Of a stretch of DNA of 29,043 bases, positions 9,514 to 20,065 are shown piece after piece. Position 1 is the first letter of the stretch. Every line of letters begins with the position of its first letter. Source of the DNA: a virus (Duplodnaviria; Caudoviricetes). The stretch covers positions 1 through 29,043 of the IMG/VR virus record IMGVR_UViG_3300033076_000547, one strand, 5' to 3'. The notes below the pieces were generated by a model, which saw only the letters and a list, made by a program, of their open reading frames with translations, was not told the DNA's origin and searched no databases. Made by a program: the position numbers and the translations under genes.

Positions 9514-11313
9514 ATGGATACAATAAGAACGCAACAGATACTTAAAGGTGATTTTTCAAAAACATCTGTAAACACAGATACATTATTGAAAATAAATTTG
9601 GATGGTGAACAACGTTTGTTACCACCAGATGAGATTAACAAAATTGTTAATGCTGGTGACAGGTTTAATGTTGAAAGACAAAGAAGTCCTTTTTACCGAA
9701 TTTTAGGTACTATTAACCCTGTTATTAGCAACCCTTTATTTAACTTGAATGACACACAATATTCAGATAACTTTACATGGTCAGGTTTTAATTACAAAAA
9801 TCCTACAACCAATGCTTATCGTTTTAATAGCGCATTGTTTTCTGAAAACATATTAAATTATTTGAAAGAAAGTGAAGGTTGGTTTGGTTACTACGACCCA
9901 AACTCGCAAAAACCAGGATTTTGTAACTTTTTTGATATGGAACCTAGCAGAGCTAGATTTACATTTACTACTGATTTCAAACCATTTCATCAGTCACATT
10001 ATCAAATTGATAAAAATTGGGAATTAACCATAACATATCCGTCTTCTACAGATAAAACACATAACATGGTAGATGGTGGATTACTTATTATTGATTCTAT
10101 GTTGGCCACTGTTGCTACAAGAGCTATGACAGCTTTTGGGGTTGCTTGTCAACATAATCTAACTATTGGTGATATTGTAAAAATAACTGGAACCACTGGT
10201 TATGATGGTGAACATGTTGTTGTTAGAACTGGTTTAGATAATGGTGATTACAAAGGTTATTATTTTGTTTTGGACCTTCAACCAACAGGTTCAACAGCGT
10301 CTAATTCTAGAATGATAAGAACATTTGGTGGTGCTGATTCAGTGTATTATTTTAGAAAATTTAGAAAGATACAAACTAGAAATACTAGTTTGATACAACA
10401 AGATGATTATGAAGTTTATAATCTAGCGTTTAGTCAGAATAAATTCACGGACAAGGTTCAACAATTTGTTTTTAATGAAGACATAAACGTAAGTGGTTTG
10501 ACAGATAACTTAGGGAGACCATTGAGTGAGCTATATTTAACCGTGGTTAAAACAGATAGCAATGGGTTGTTTACAAATGTTTCATCAGGTATTGAAACTC
10601 CGTTTATTCCTAAATTAAACACTAGCCAAACAAACACCTACCTGCTAACGCTACCAATTATAAACAAGATACATAACGGTGGCTCGTCTCCGTTTATTTC
10701 GCATATTCCTTTAGAAATAGATGTTAATATAACAGCACCTATGGATTATTTAGGCTTTTCAAATCAAGATGAATTTTATGGTGATTTGGTTGAATATAAT
10801 CAAAATGAATTGAAAGAAACTGTATTGGCTGAAGTTCATCACAGGTTTAACACAATCAATAGGGAGACAAACCCATCATTAACATACATTGTAAGTGAAG
10901 GTAGTTTTTTAGACAATACACAAGATGTCACAAATACTATTAGCCTAGGACCAAGACATGAAGGTTACTACTATAAAGCACATCATTTAATTAAGATTAG
11001 AGAATTTTCAACGTATATTGAACAAGGCGATAAATATACGGTTGGTATACCAGATTATGCTGTTAGTTTAAGTGACGGTAGATATTTATGGAGAGACTTA
11101 TTGGACATTGGTTTCACTCAAACTGGTGAAGACGTATTGGATTACCCATTTTTGAATGGTTGTCATTATATGTATGACAATTATTGTTTTATGGTTAAAA
11201 GACAAGACCCATTTGATTTATGGGGTTTGTATTATTCACAATACCCAGCTGACCCATTGGGTGAGTCGATGACAGATAAATTTACTATTAAATCAGCTGA
11301 CGATGTTTGTTAA
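9514..11313 (+). CDS. Hypothetical virion structural protein
   Basis: 599 aa, starting 1 nt after the previous stop. Contains HNLTIGDIVKITGTTGYDGEHVV, a small beta-domain pattern common in phage tail proteins. Confidence 0.7.
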   Translation: MDTIRTQQILKGDFSKTSVNTDTLLKINLDGEQRLLPPDEINKIVNAGDRFNVERQRSPFYRILGTINPVISNPLFNLNDTQYSDNFTWSGFNYKNPTTNAYRFNSALFSENILNYLKESEGWFGYYDPNSQKPGFCNFFDMEPSRARFTFTTDFKPFHQSHYQIDKNWELTITYPSSTDKTHNMVDGGLLIIDSMLATVATRAMTAFGVACQHNLTIGDIVKITGTTGYDGEHVVVRTGLDNGDYKGYYFVLDLQPTGSTASNSRMIRTFGGADSVYYFRKFRKIQTRNTSLIQQDDYEVYNLAFSQNKFTDKVQQFVFNEDINVSGLTDNLGRPLSELYLTVVKTDSNGLFTNVSSGIETPFIPKLNTSQTNTYLLTLPIINKIHNGGSSPFISHIPLEIDVNITAPMDYLGFSNQDEFYGDLVEYNQNELKETVLAEVHHRFNTINRETNPSLTYIVSEGSFLDNTQDVTNTISLGPRHEGYYYKAHHLIKIREFSTYIEQGDKYTVGIPDYAVSLSDGRYLWRDLLDIGFTQTGEDVLDYPFLNGCHYMYDNYCFMVKRQDPFDLWGLYYSQYPADPLGESMTDKFTIKSADDVC

Positions 11314-12166
11314 CCAATACCAACTTAACCTAGATGCGTTCTCAAGCGGTGCTACAGAGATGTACATCAATATACCTATTACCATGAATAACCAAATGGT
11401 TGACCAAGCTGAATTGGTTGATAGGGTATTTGTTGATGTTGAAACTGAAAAGGCGATAAACCCAATAGTTGATTATGAAAAAGTTAGGTTTTTACCTTAT
11501 ACAACAGATGGTGGTGTTGTTAAAAGAGTGGTTTATAATGTGAATTTGCTTAGTGGTGCATCATATGTTTCAAATTATAGTGTTGCAAATTTTACTGATG
11601 ACGAAATAAAATTTGGTTATGAGTCTTTTAGACAAACATTTCTAAATCTAAATTTTTATGACTCAGATAATCCTTTGACACAAAACCTTATTTCAAATAT
11701 TACATTGTATTCACAACTTAAAACCAGCGATTTATTACCTTTTGGTGCGCCTGGTTCAAGCGTAGGTCAACCAAAACCAGCTAATCAAATACCTATTATG
11801 TTTGTTTTGGAAAATCCATTGGTTTCATTAAAAGGTTTTTCCGAAGGGTATCATATATACGATTACAAAGATGAATTGCAAATAGGTGAATCAAAATATT
11901 TGTATATGAGAGCATCATTTAATAATGCTAAAACTGGTATTCCAACAAACATGATGGTTAAAAACATAGCATTACCTATTGATGAGCTTATTCATGAGCT
12001 TTATACTAGGTATAAATTGACAAGAACCAATACTGGTTATTATTATGAAATTGATGAAACTTATCAAGGTAATAGTGCTAATACTGGTACAAACAATGTT
12101 ATATGTACACATAATGTTGCCAATAACATGGTAACAGTCAACCTATTTCAAATAATGGCATTATAA
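11303..12166 (+). CDS. Hypothetical protein, probably structural
   Basis: 287 aa, overlapping the upstream gene by 11 nt; operon context only. Confidence 0.7.
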   Translation: MFVNQYQLNLDAFSSGATEMYINIPITMNNQMVDQAELVDRVFVDVETEKAINPIVDYEKVRFLPYTTDGGVVKRVVYNVNLLSGASYVSNYSVANFTDDEIKFGYESFRQTFLNLNFYDSDNPLTQNLISNITLYSQLKTSDLLPFGAPGSSVGQPKPANQIPIMFVLENPLVSLKGFSEGYHIYDYKDELQIGESKYLYMRASFNNAKTGIPTNMMVKNIALPIDELIHELYTRYKLTRTNTGYYYEIDETYQGNSANTGTNNVICTHNVANNMVTVNLFQIMAL

Positions 12167-13044
12167 TGGAAGTAGTTAAAAGAAAAATATTGCTAGAAGA
12201 TAGTATCGATAGGTCATACAATAGTAAAACTTGGGGTACTTTGACCGCTGATACGTTTTATGTTAATGTTTTTTTAACGCAAAACGTTGATGACATGGGT
12301 TTGTTTACTGAAATCGAATATTTTTCAGCAAATACTAGCAATCCAACACCTGTAGATTATACAATTTTGGTAAATAAATTGTCACAAAGCGGCTATACAT
12401 TTCCATTTATGACTAGTTTACCAACATATGTTAATAGCGGGTTGACAAAAACAGAAGAGTTTACACTTAGATTACCATCAAAAAACGAATCTGGTTACTA
12501 TAATTACCAATTTTCAGTAGCGACTGGCTCAACGGATAGTAAAATTGACGAATTAAGGTCATATGATAATGAAAATATCTACCAACCAGGTTTTGACATC
12601 AATACAGAAACCTATACAAATTATATTGGGTCATTAATTGATGGTGTTAGTCGTATAACGCAGTATGGTGATGTTTCAAAATACGTTTTTGATGCAGAAA
12701 ATGACTCAAATATAGGTACAAACAATCAAAATAGTGGTTTATTATATACAGATTATAGTGGACTTACCAGAACCGTAAATGTAAATGGTCTAAATGTCGA
12801 TATTTTATTAACAGATGTTAGATATGTAGCCGAAGGTAGAAACCAAACCAATACGTCATTATCTGCAATCACAAAAGAAGAGTACTTATTTGGGATAATT
12901 TCTAAACCAGAAGTTAAAAATGATGTATTTATAGACAGAGGTACGACTAGCGTTATGGATAGCCATCTAAGACTTTCAGAAATTAAAAATATTGGAAGTT
13001 TAACCAAATATGGTAATGGTTTTTATAATGTAGTTAAACAATAA
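12166..13044 (+). CDS. Hypothetical protein, probably structural
   Basis: 292 aa with a TAATG stop/start overlap; rich in S/T/N/Y and carrying several [ST]-[GA]-x-T motifs. Confidence 0.7.
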   Translation: MEVVKRKILLEDSIDRSYNSKTWGTLTADTFYVNVFLTQNVDDMGLFTEIEYFSANTSNPTPVDYTILVNKLSQSGYTFPFMTSLPTYVNSGLTKTEEFTLRLPSKNESGYYNYQFSVATGSTDSKIDELRSYDNENIYQPGFDINTETYTNYIGSLIDGVSRITQYGDVSKYVFDAENDSNIGTNNQNSGLLYTDYSGLTRTVNVNGLNVDILLTDVRYVAEGRNQTNTSLSAITKEEYLFGIISKPEVKNDVFIDRGTTSVMDSHLRLSEIKNIGSLTKYGNGFYNVVKQ

Positions 13045-13091
13045 AATGGACTTTGAAAAAAACTTAGTTAAATTAATAAAAACTAAAAAAT

Positions 13092-14015
13092 ATGGCAACA
13101 GGAACATACGGAATAGTAAGACCAGCTGATATCACACCAGATGATGTGGAAATTTTTTACCATTACACGCCATCTAGGGATAAAGTTGGTAATGCTGCAT
13201 TGCTTAAATTGAACCCAAATGAGGTGTTAATCAAAATGGATAACCCTAACAAAACACAATCTGGTATTAGTGGTACTGAATTGTTTGGTGGTATGTATAC
13301 ATTAAAATTACCAGCAACTTCTTTTGGTGCAAAAGGGTTTTATACCATTATAATCAAACCTGTTGAAATAAGAACAAAAATAGTTGATGTAGGTGTATTG
13401 TCTGCGTTTCCAGACACTTTAGGTTTGTTGTTTGATACTTCATCTATTCCTCAAACTTTCCTTACCAGATTTGAAAACAATGGTTTGGTTGGTTATAGAA
13501 TTGAATATTTGAATAATTCTGTCGGTGCTAATGATGCCAAAGTAAATAATTTCTTTAGAATCATCACATCTAATAACAGAGCAGAACCAGTAAACCAAAA
13601 CTTAACCAATAGCAACCAAAAAGCTATTCGTTATCGCTTCAATGATAATTCAACACTTACTTTTTGCACTGTTTCACCTTCATCGGCATCAAATGTAAAA
13701 CCAAATGCAACACCGTTCATTGGCCAACCTAATCAACAAGTTATTATTACAAATACATTCTTTAATCCTATAATGATTGAGGTTGAAATGGTTCAATATG
13801 ACGTAGAAACGCTTGCGTTTGCTATGTTTGGTAATCAAACAAAATCTCTTGAAGATGGAATTTACACAATCTATAACTTTAACAATGATATTTACAAACA
13901 ATATGACCTATATGAAATCAAAGACAGATTCAGCGGTAAACCATTGTTTGAAGTTAGAGAACAAAGAACCTCAATTGATTTTAATAAAACATTTACAACT
14001 ATTACAACCGTATAA
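13092..14015 (+). CDS. Hypothetical protein, probably baseplate-associated
   Basis: 307 aa with an A-rich leader (AAAAACTAAAAAATATG), beta-rich, immediately upstream of the gpI-like gene. Confidence 0.7.
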   Translation: MATGTYGIVRPADITPDDVEIFYHYTPSRDKVGNAALLKLNPNEVLIKMDNPNKTQSGISGTELFGGMYTLKLPATSFGAKGFYTIIIKPVEIRTKIVDVGVLSAFPDTLGLLFDTSSIPQTFLTRFENNGLVGYRIEYLNNSVGANDAKVNNFFRIITSNNRAEPVNQNLTNSNQKAIRYRFNDNSTLTFCTVSPSSASNVKPNATPFIGQPNQQVIITNTFFNPIMIEVEMVQYDVETLAFAMFGNQTKSLEDGIYTIYNFNNDIYKQYDLYEIKDRFSGKPLFEVREQRTSIDFNKTFTTITTV

Positions 14016-14021
14016 TAAGAA

Positions 14022-16727
14022 ATGAGCGATAAGATTAAAGTAGCTGGTTACGCACAAAAAATTGAATACAGTAACGGAATTGAATATACACCATTCTCAC
14101 CAGATGTGGTTGGTTTTCAATTAGCGTCAAATGGTGGTACCACGTTATTTACATTAGGTAACTTTTATGTAACGACAAATCTTGACCCTAAACTAGACAA
14201 GTATTACAATACTGCCAAGTTTAGTAATTTCATTACATTGGACCAATTAAATGTTTCTTTAACAGAATCAGCTACTTTATTGTCTGATAACGCAGGTGTT
14301 TTTTTAAATTTAGACAAATCTAATTTAAATTATTATGCATTATTTGGTTCTTTAAGTGAATTCGTAAGGGTTTCACTAGAACAAATTATCATAAATTGGC
14401 CAGCTGCACTTTACATGTATCCAATCAGAAATGACTCTATTGGTAACACTTTTACTGGTTATACGGTTGAAAACTATGTTTACGATGATATAAATCAAAT
14501 TAGTACATTTAAAGTTGACACTGATTTTATTATAAATAAATACGAAATCAATTATACTACCAACGGTAATATAATCGACAGTTTTAGCTCAACAAATAGT
14601 TTAAGAAATTTAACGATAAACTATGAGTCATATGCTGTGCTGTACAATGGTGTTGAATATCCAGTATTGAATTTCACCGCATCGACAAACCAAACAAATG
14701 ATTATGTTTATTTTGAAGTAAGTGGTAACCCATTTTCTGGTACAACCAATGGTTTACCTACTTATCATATAAAACCAAAAAAATATAAGGAAGAACAATT
14801 TTATAATTCTTTACCAGATTTTGAGGCTTACCTTTTAAATAGACACGTAACACCTCAATATACTGCAACATTCAGATACCCAACAAAAACAGAAAGTGGT
14901 ATCATATTGTATATAACAAATTCTGTTACATGGCCTGTAACAGATGGTTATAACATTGATTTTGACACTGAGGAATATCTTGATTATGCAACTCAATTGT
15001 TTGATATTGCAAATTCAAATGACTTATTTTCAAGTAATTTGATGAATAGATTTTTGGTTTCGGAATCAATTTCATCATTTGATACAACTCCTGTCCATTT
15101 ATCTGATTTAGACCAAGATACATCTGGAGGTAAGGTAAATAAAACTTTACAAATTTATGGTGTTGAATTTGATGAATTGAACCAATTTATTTTAGGTATT
15201 CAATTTTCAAATGTTGTTACTTATGATAAACAAGACAATACACCAGATGCTTACCTTAAAAATTTGGCTAGAGTTTTAGGTTGGGAGTTGGTGTCGTCAG
15301 TATTTGACAATGATTTATTATCTGCTTATGTTACTAGTTCACAATCAACATATTCAGGTATGACAGTTGGATTGACACCAGTTGAAGCTGATATTGAACT
15401 TTGGAGAAGAATTATCCTTAATTCACCATGGATTTGGAAATCAAAAGGAACAAGAAAAGGTATCGAATTCTTTTTGAATTTTATTGGTGTACCACAAGGT
15501 TTGGTATCGTTTAATGAATACATTTATAAAGCCAATGGACCTATAAATGTTGGCTTATTCCAACAAGTGTTAGCACTGCAAGGTTTAGATACAGACCTTT
15601 CAATCTATCCTATAGATTCTGAAGGTTTTCCAAGACCCCTACCAGATACAGCAGATATGTATTTTCAAGGAAATGGCTTGTGGTATAGAGAAACTGGTGG
15701 TAGTGCTTCAACAATCGATATTTTAGGTGGTAACAATCCACATGTTGGTCCGTATGATGGCGGTAGTAAATATTTAAATCAGTTTAGAGAATTGATTCAA
15801 AACTTTTCAGCAGTAACGGTTAGTTCTGTGACTGTAACAACTGATAATTTAAATCTTTATACAAACTATGATGAGGGTACATTTAACGTATCAACAGCGA
15901 CAACAGTAGATACTGTTCAAATATCAACAGCTAATGGTGTTGATTTTAGCGATTGTGTTGTATTCATTCCGTCAATAGAAAATGACCCTAACCCTAAAAC
16001 AGAATATAATGATTGTGGTTGTGTAAGTGCTAGTGATGATAAAATATTGAGTATTTGTATAAAGAAAAAAGAAACGATTCAATCTAATAATCAATGTAGG
16101 GATTCATTGTATTCATATTATGATGATGTAGATTTGGGTTTATATAATTTTTCTTTTTATCAATATGACATAAATGGTAATCTTTTTATAGATTCTAATA
16201 ATAACCCAATATTGAATACTACAGCTTACGCACCACAAGAATGTTGTAAAACTGCTGGTGGTACACCATATCTTTACAGCGATGTAGTTGAAGGAGCAGT
16301 TGTAAATACTGGTTATTTATGTTGTGACCAAACAAATACGTGTGGTTGTATTATAGCTTGTAGTTGGATGGTTGATTTGTCAGTAATTAAATTACCACCA
16401 TTAACACCATCTTATCACGGTTTTCAAGCATCATATTTACAATTCATAAAACCAGATGGCACACCTGCTATTGTAACGCCAGATGGGTGTAATTGTATTC
16501 CTGGTTATTCAACACCAGTTCCTAATATATTTGACCCTTATACTGGTGAAGTAGGTTATGCGTGTCAATTAACTTCTACTGGATTTGATGATATTCAAAA
16601 TGGTACGTCAAGTGCAATATATGACTATTATTTCCAAAGAAGTATTAACAAAGCTTCTTGTTTCCCAAGCTCACATGTTGATGTTTTTGGAAATAAGATA
16701 TTTTTTTCTAACGGAACCAAATTATAA
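14022..16727 (+). CDS. Baseplate wedge protein, P2 gpI / T4 gp7-like, with a Cys-rich C-terminal region
   Basis: DNTPDAYLKNLARVLGW...ELWRRIILNSPWIWKSKGTRKGIEFFLNFIG matches the Tail_P2_I-type pattern P...L..LA...G....R.......KGT..gi...l...G. About 16 Cys are confined to the last ~260 aa. Confidence 0.65.
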   Translation: MSDKIKVAGYAQKIEYSNGIEYTPFSPDVVGFQLASNGGTTLFTLGNFYVTTNLDPKLDKYYNTAKFSNFITLDQLNVSLTESATLLSDNAGVFLNLDKSNLNYYALFGSLSEFVRVSLEQIIINWPAALYMYPIRNDSIGNTFTGYTVENYVYDDINQISTFKVDTDFIINKYEINYTTNGNIIDSFSSTNSLRNLTINYESYAVLYNGVEYPVLNFTASTNQTNDYVYFEVSGNPFSGTTNGLPTYHIKPKKYKEEQFYNSLPDFEAYLLNRHVTPQYTATFRYPTKTESGIILYITNSVTWPVTDGYNIDFDTEEYLDYATQLFDIANSNDLFSSNLMNRFLVSESISSFDTTPVHLSDLDQDTSGGKVNKTLQIYGVEFDELNQFILGIQFSNVVTYDKQDNTPDAYLKNLARVLGWELVSSVFDNDLLSAYVTSSQSTYSGMTVGLTPVEADIELWRRIILNSPWIWKSKGTRKGIEFFLNFIGVPQGLVSFNEYIYKANGPINVGLFQQVLALQGLDTDLSIYPIDSEGFPRPLPDTADMYFQGNGLWYRETGGSASTIDILGGNNPHVGPYDGGSKYLNQFRELIQNFSAVTVSSVTVTTDNLNLYTNYDEGTFNVSTATTVDTVQISTANGVDFSDCVVFIPSIENDPNPKTEYNDCGCVSASDDKILSICIKKKETIQSNNQCRDSLYSYYDDVDLGLYNFSFYQYDINGNLFIDSNNNPILNTTAYAPQECCKTAGGTPYLYSDVVEGAVVNTGYLCCDQTNTCGCIIACSWMVDLSVIKLPPLTPSYHGFQASYLQFIKPDGTPAIVTPDGCNCIPGYSTPVPNIFDPYTGEVGYACQLTSTGFDDIQNGTSSAIYDYYFQRSINKASCFPSSHVDVFGNKIFFSNGTKL

Positions 16728-16740
16728 AAAGAACTGATAA

Positions 16741-16748
16741 ATATTTAT
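16741..16748 (+). promoter_or_regulatory. ATATTTAT motif, putative phage late promoter
   Basis: In the 29-nt gap, 8 nt upstream of the ATG at 16757. Confidence 0.55.
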
Positions 16749-16756
16749 AGATAAAA

Positions 16757-19700
16757 ATGGGAGTTTGTTTAAATAAAGATAAGATTAATGCAGCAGGTGG
16801 CCAATTGGTTTATAACCAAAATGGTTCTATTTCTGTGTTCATGCCATCAAATGGTACATTAGCTCCTATTATTTTAAACCAAGAATGTTGTTTAGCCTTG
16901 GACCCAACATTTACTTGGGACCCAGATACACAAACATGTATGTGGTCCGAAACCCAAGCATGTGATATTGAAAGTGTATTCAACATAACACTTAATCCTA
17001 ATGGAAATGATGGTGTTATATTTCAACAAGAAGAAAATAAAACATGTTCTTTAAAGGTTGATTTTGATTTCTTATTAAAAATAAAATGTAGCACGCTAAA
17101 TGACATTATAAACAACGTACAACAAAATGGTGTTTCTTTTTACGATAATTTGTTTGCTCAAATTGCTGAAGTAGAAGCACTTATAAACACACAAACTGTA
17201 AATTGTGAAAATATTACATTACAAATAGGTTTTGTACAAGAACAAATTAATTTAGTAAATTATTCGATTCAATATAATGTAACAGTTGATGGTGGTAAAG
17301 CTCCAACAACCACAACCACAACTACTGATAATATTAAAAGTTTTTCAAATACTGGTTTTGCTTCATTGTCACCAGACATAACAACAAAAGTAACACCACA
17401 AACTCAACCAACTGCACCAAGCCCTACAAGTACAAATACGGCACTAAAACCACCAACAGGTGGCGGTACATCAACAATAATAACATATTGTATTGCTGAA
17501 CCAGATGGTTTGTTAGCATGGGCAAATATATTGGGACCAGTAAATTATCAATTATTTTTAAATGGTGACCCAACATCATATACACAAGTTGATGTTCAAG
17601 CATTGATTGCTTTAAACACAACATATGCTTCACAAACGCCTCCTGGACCTAAGATTTTATTTGAATGCGATGTTCCTTTCGGTACATTAACAAATTTGCA
17701 AAACCAATTAGACGCTTTATTGTTCGAACAAGAAAATTGTCAAACAGAATTAGCTGCTCTTAATGCAGAATTAAATACTTTATTGGCGCAACAAAATACC
17801 TTGTTAACAACTGGGTGTGTGTCACCAATAAACATGTTAGAAACTTTGGATGTGTCTATGACTTTGAACACATTACCAAGCAGTGGTGGCACTTTGGTCG
17901 TTTATGAGGATAATACAGTTTTTTCACCTATTGGTGTGGGAATGTTGTATAGTTATCTTACAAATGTCGCTCAAAATGAAAATATTGCTAGCGGTTTTTA
18001 TATTACTGATGATAACGGTACACCACTATTAGTTGATGGGAGTAATGATTTGACATGTTCTACTGTCTTGAATTCTTTGTTACAAAGTTTACAAGCTGAA
18101 TCACCATTAGGAACTAATGGTTCATATGATGAATTCTTATCTACTTTACCAAATAATTCGTTTGCTTCTGATTGGTTACACCACACAATAACAATTGATG
18201 ACCAAAGTATAATAGATTTAATAAACGGTGAGAAAATAACCATAAATCTAAGATTAAATCACACATGTGGTGACGTTTGTATTTTGTTAGATAATCTTAA
18301 GTTGGAACGTGAATGTTCTAGCGTTAGTGAAACAAACATATTTGTAACACAATCACCAGGTTTTGAACTTGAAAAAATTCGTGATAACAAAAAATCTTGG
18401 TTAGCCGCTACTGATTTTCAAAATAGACCTTTTGATATAAGAAATAGTGATGAAACTAACCCTATTCGTTCAACATATTACGATGTTAATGATGAACGAT
18501 TGGTCATCAATACCAAGGAAATAGATTTAGATATTAGTCTTGCTTCAGCTATTGAAACAGATGTATGGTTTTATATTGTAAACAACCCATGTATTTTAAC
18601 TGGTGGTACTTTTTGTGACCCATGCGGTACCTATAAGCAGTTCCAAGATGATGCATCATTTGAATTTATGGATGGTAATTCATATGATTTCATGCTTAGT
18701 GCTTCTGATACAACATCATGTTGTGGAGATAATCAAATTGAATTTGATGTTTTAATGACACAACCGTTATCGGCTGTTACAACTGTTGAGGATTTTGAAT
18801 ATTTTGTAACATCTGAACTTATAGATGCCAAAAATAGACAAACAATTTCTGATTATGCAACACTCAGAGCTTTATATGACAGATATTTGAATAGTAAATT
18901 TTATTGTGATGTACAAAGCTCAGCATTCAACTATTTGACCATAGACCAATTTGCTGGCTTGGTAGGTGATTATTGGACTGATATTATAGAACAAGTCATC
19001 CCTTCAACAACAATTTGGGGTAGTGTTAAAATATACTCAAACACAATCTTCGACCAACAAAAATTTAAATATAGAGGTTATTCATCATTATTTTGTGATA
19101 ATCCTTTTATTGGTGAACATGTTGTTAGTCCTATAAACGGAACTTTAGGTTTTTCAGCGGATGTTCATACTGATATGGTAACGCTTACACTTACATCGGC
19201 AAATACAGTGTCTGTCTCAAGTGTTGTTACTTCATGTGACACAATTTGGGTTGCACAAATGAATTCGGCTAATGAATTTATAGGTACAGTTACAGTTGCT
19301 GGTTCACAAGCCTGTTCTGATTCCAGTGGTGGTGCCATAAATGAATGTACTTTACAAGTTGAAGTGACTTTAGATGGTTTAACAGCTACTGCTAATGTAA
19401 TTGGTGCTGCAACTCCAGTATTATATGAATGGAGCAACGGTGGTACTGATTCATCTAGCACATATGATACATATGGGAATTATTCAGTAACAGTAACTGA
19501 TGCTAATTGTTGTGTTGTGACTATAGATTTTGAAATACCATTTGAACTAGTAGCGTGTTGGTATACTTTACCAGACACTGTTGAATGGATTCAAAATGGT
19601 TTCATAGGGTATAACTCACCAATCCTAACTGGTTATACATATTCTATGGATTCTATGGTAGTTAATGGTACTGAATATGTAACTGGTTCTACACCAACAT

Positions 19701-20065
19701 ACGATTTAATTGATTCTAATTTTACAACCGCATCAACAACTTCACAAGTAGCTGTCACGTATACCAATTTTGTTGACTTCTTAAATAGTGCTTTTGCTAC
19801 TTTAGGATTAATAAATTATTCTGCTCAATTATCTATTTCAAATCCATTCTTTAATAATGGTACTAGTATAGATAAGTATAATGGGTTCTACATAATAAGA
19901 CCAATAGGTGATACATTTAATATGTATATAAGTGAAACAAATAATCTAGATACAATATACACAGATAATTCAGCTACTGATAGTCTAGGTAATCCATCGG
20001 CAGCTCAATACAGACATGCTTTTTGTAATAACATAACAGTAGTAAACGGACAAGTAATTGAGTGA
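16757..20065 (+). CDS. Large Cys-rich virion protein with coiled coils, a Thr/Pro linker and an SprB/PKD-like domain
   Basis: 1102 aa with about 30 Cys. Two heptad segments flank APTTTTTTT...PTAPSPTST. YEWSNGGT...GNYSVTVTDANCC is SprB/PKD-like. Also contains YWTDIIEQVIPSTTIW. Confidence 0.65.
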   Translation: MGVCLNKDKINAAGGQLVYNQNGSISVFMPSNGTLAPIILNQECCLALDPTFTWDPDTQTCMWSETQACDIESVFNITLNPNGNDGVIFQQEENKTCSLKVDFDFLLKIKCSTLNDIINNVQQNGVSFYDNLFAQIAEVEALINTQTVNCENITLQIGFVQEQINLVNYSIQYNVTVDGGKAPTTTTTTTDNIKSFSNTGFASLSPDITTKVTPQTQPTAPSPTSTNTALKPPTGGGTSTIITYCIAEPDGLLAWANILGPVNYQLFLNGDPTSYTQVDVQALIALNTTYASQTPPGPKILFECDVPFGTLTNLQNQLDALLFEQENCQTELAALNAELNTLLAQQNTLLTTGCVSPINMLETLDVSMTLNTLPSSGGTLVVYEDNTVFSPIGVGMLYSYLTNVAQNENIASGFYITDDNGTPLLVDGSNDLTCSTVLNSLLQSLQAESPLGTNGSYDEFLSTLPNNSFASDWLHHTITIDDQSIIDLINGEKITINLRLNHTCGDVCILLDNLKLERECSSVSETNIFVTQSPGFELEKIRDNKKSWLAATDFQNRPFDIRNSDETNPIRSTYYDVNDERLVINTKEIDLDISLASAIETDVWFYIVNNPCILTGGTFCDPCGTYKQFQDDASFEFMDGNSYDFMLSASDTTSCCGDNQIEFDVLMTQPLSAVTTVEDFEYFVTSELIDAKNRQTISDYATLRALYDRYLNSKFYCDVQSSAFNYLTIDQFAGLVGDYWTDIIEQVIPSTTIWGSVKIYSNTIFDQQKFKYRGYSSLFCDNPFIGEHVVSPINGTLGFSADVHTDMVTLTLTSANTVSVSSVVTSCDTIWVAQMNSANEFIGTVTVAGSQACSDSSGGAINECTLQVEVTLDGLTATANVIGAATPVLYEWSNGGTDSSSTYDTYGNYSVTVTDANCCVVTIDFEIPFELVACWYTLPDTVEWIQNGFIGYNSPILTGYTYSMDSMVVNGTEYVTGSTPTYDLIDSNFTTASTTSQVAVTYTNFVDFLNSAFATLGLINYSAQLSISNPFFNNGTSIDKYNGFYIIRPIGDTFNMYISETNNLDTIYTDNSATDSLGNPSAAQYRHAFCNNITVVNGQVIE

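Noticed and set aside
13045-13091. Possible promoter in the gap before 13092 (CTTTG...TTAAATTAA)
   Set aside because: It matches neither ATATTTAT nor TAnnTTTG well enough to call in AT-rich DNA.
16700-16760. Readthrough or programmed frameshift fusing the 901-aa and 1102-aa ORFs (T7 run at 16701-16707)
   Set aside because: The ORFs are in different frames, the downstream frame has stop codons shortly before its ATG, and the second gene has its own leader and motif. No stimulatory structure is evident.
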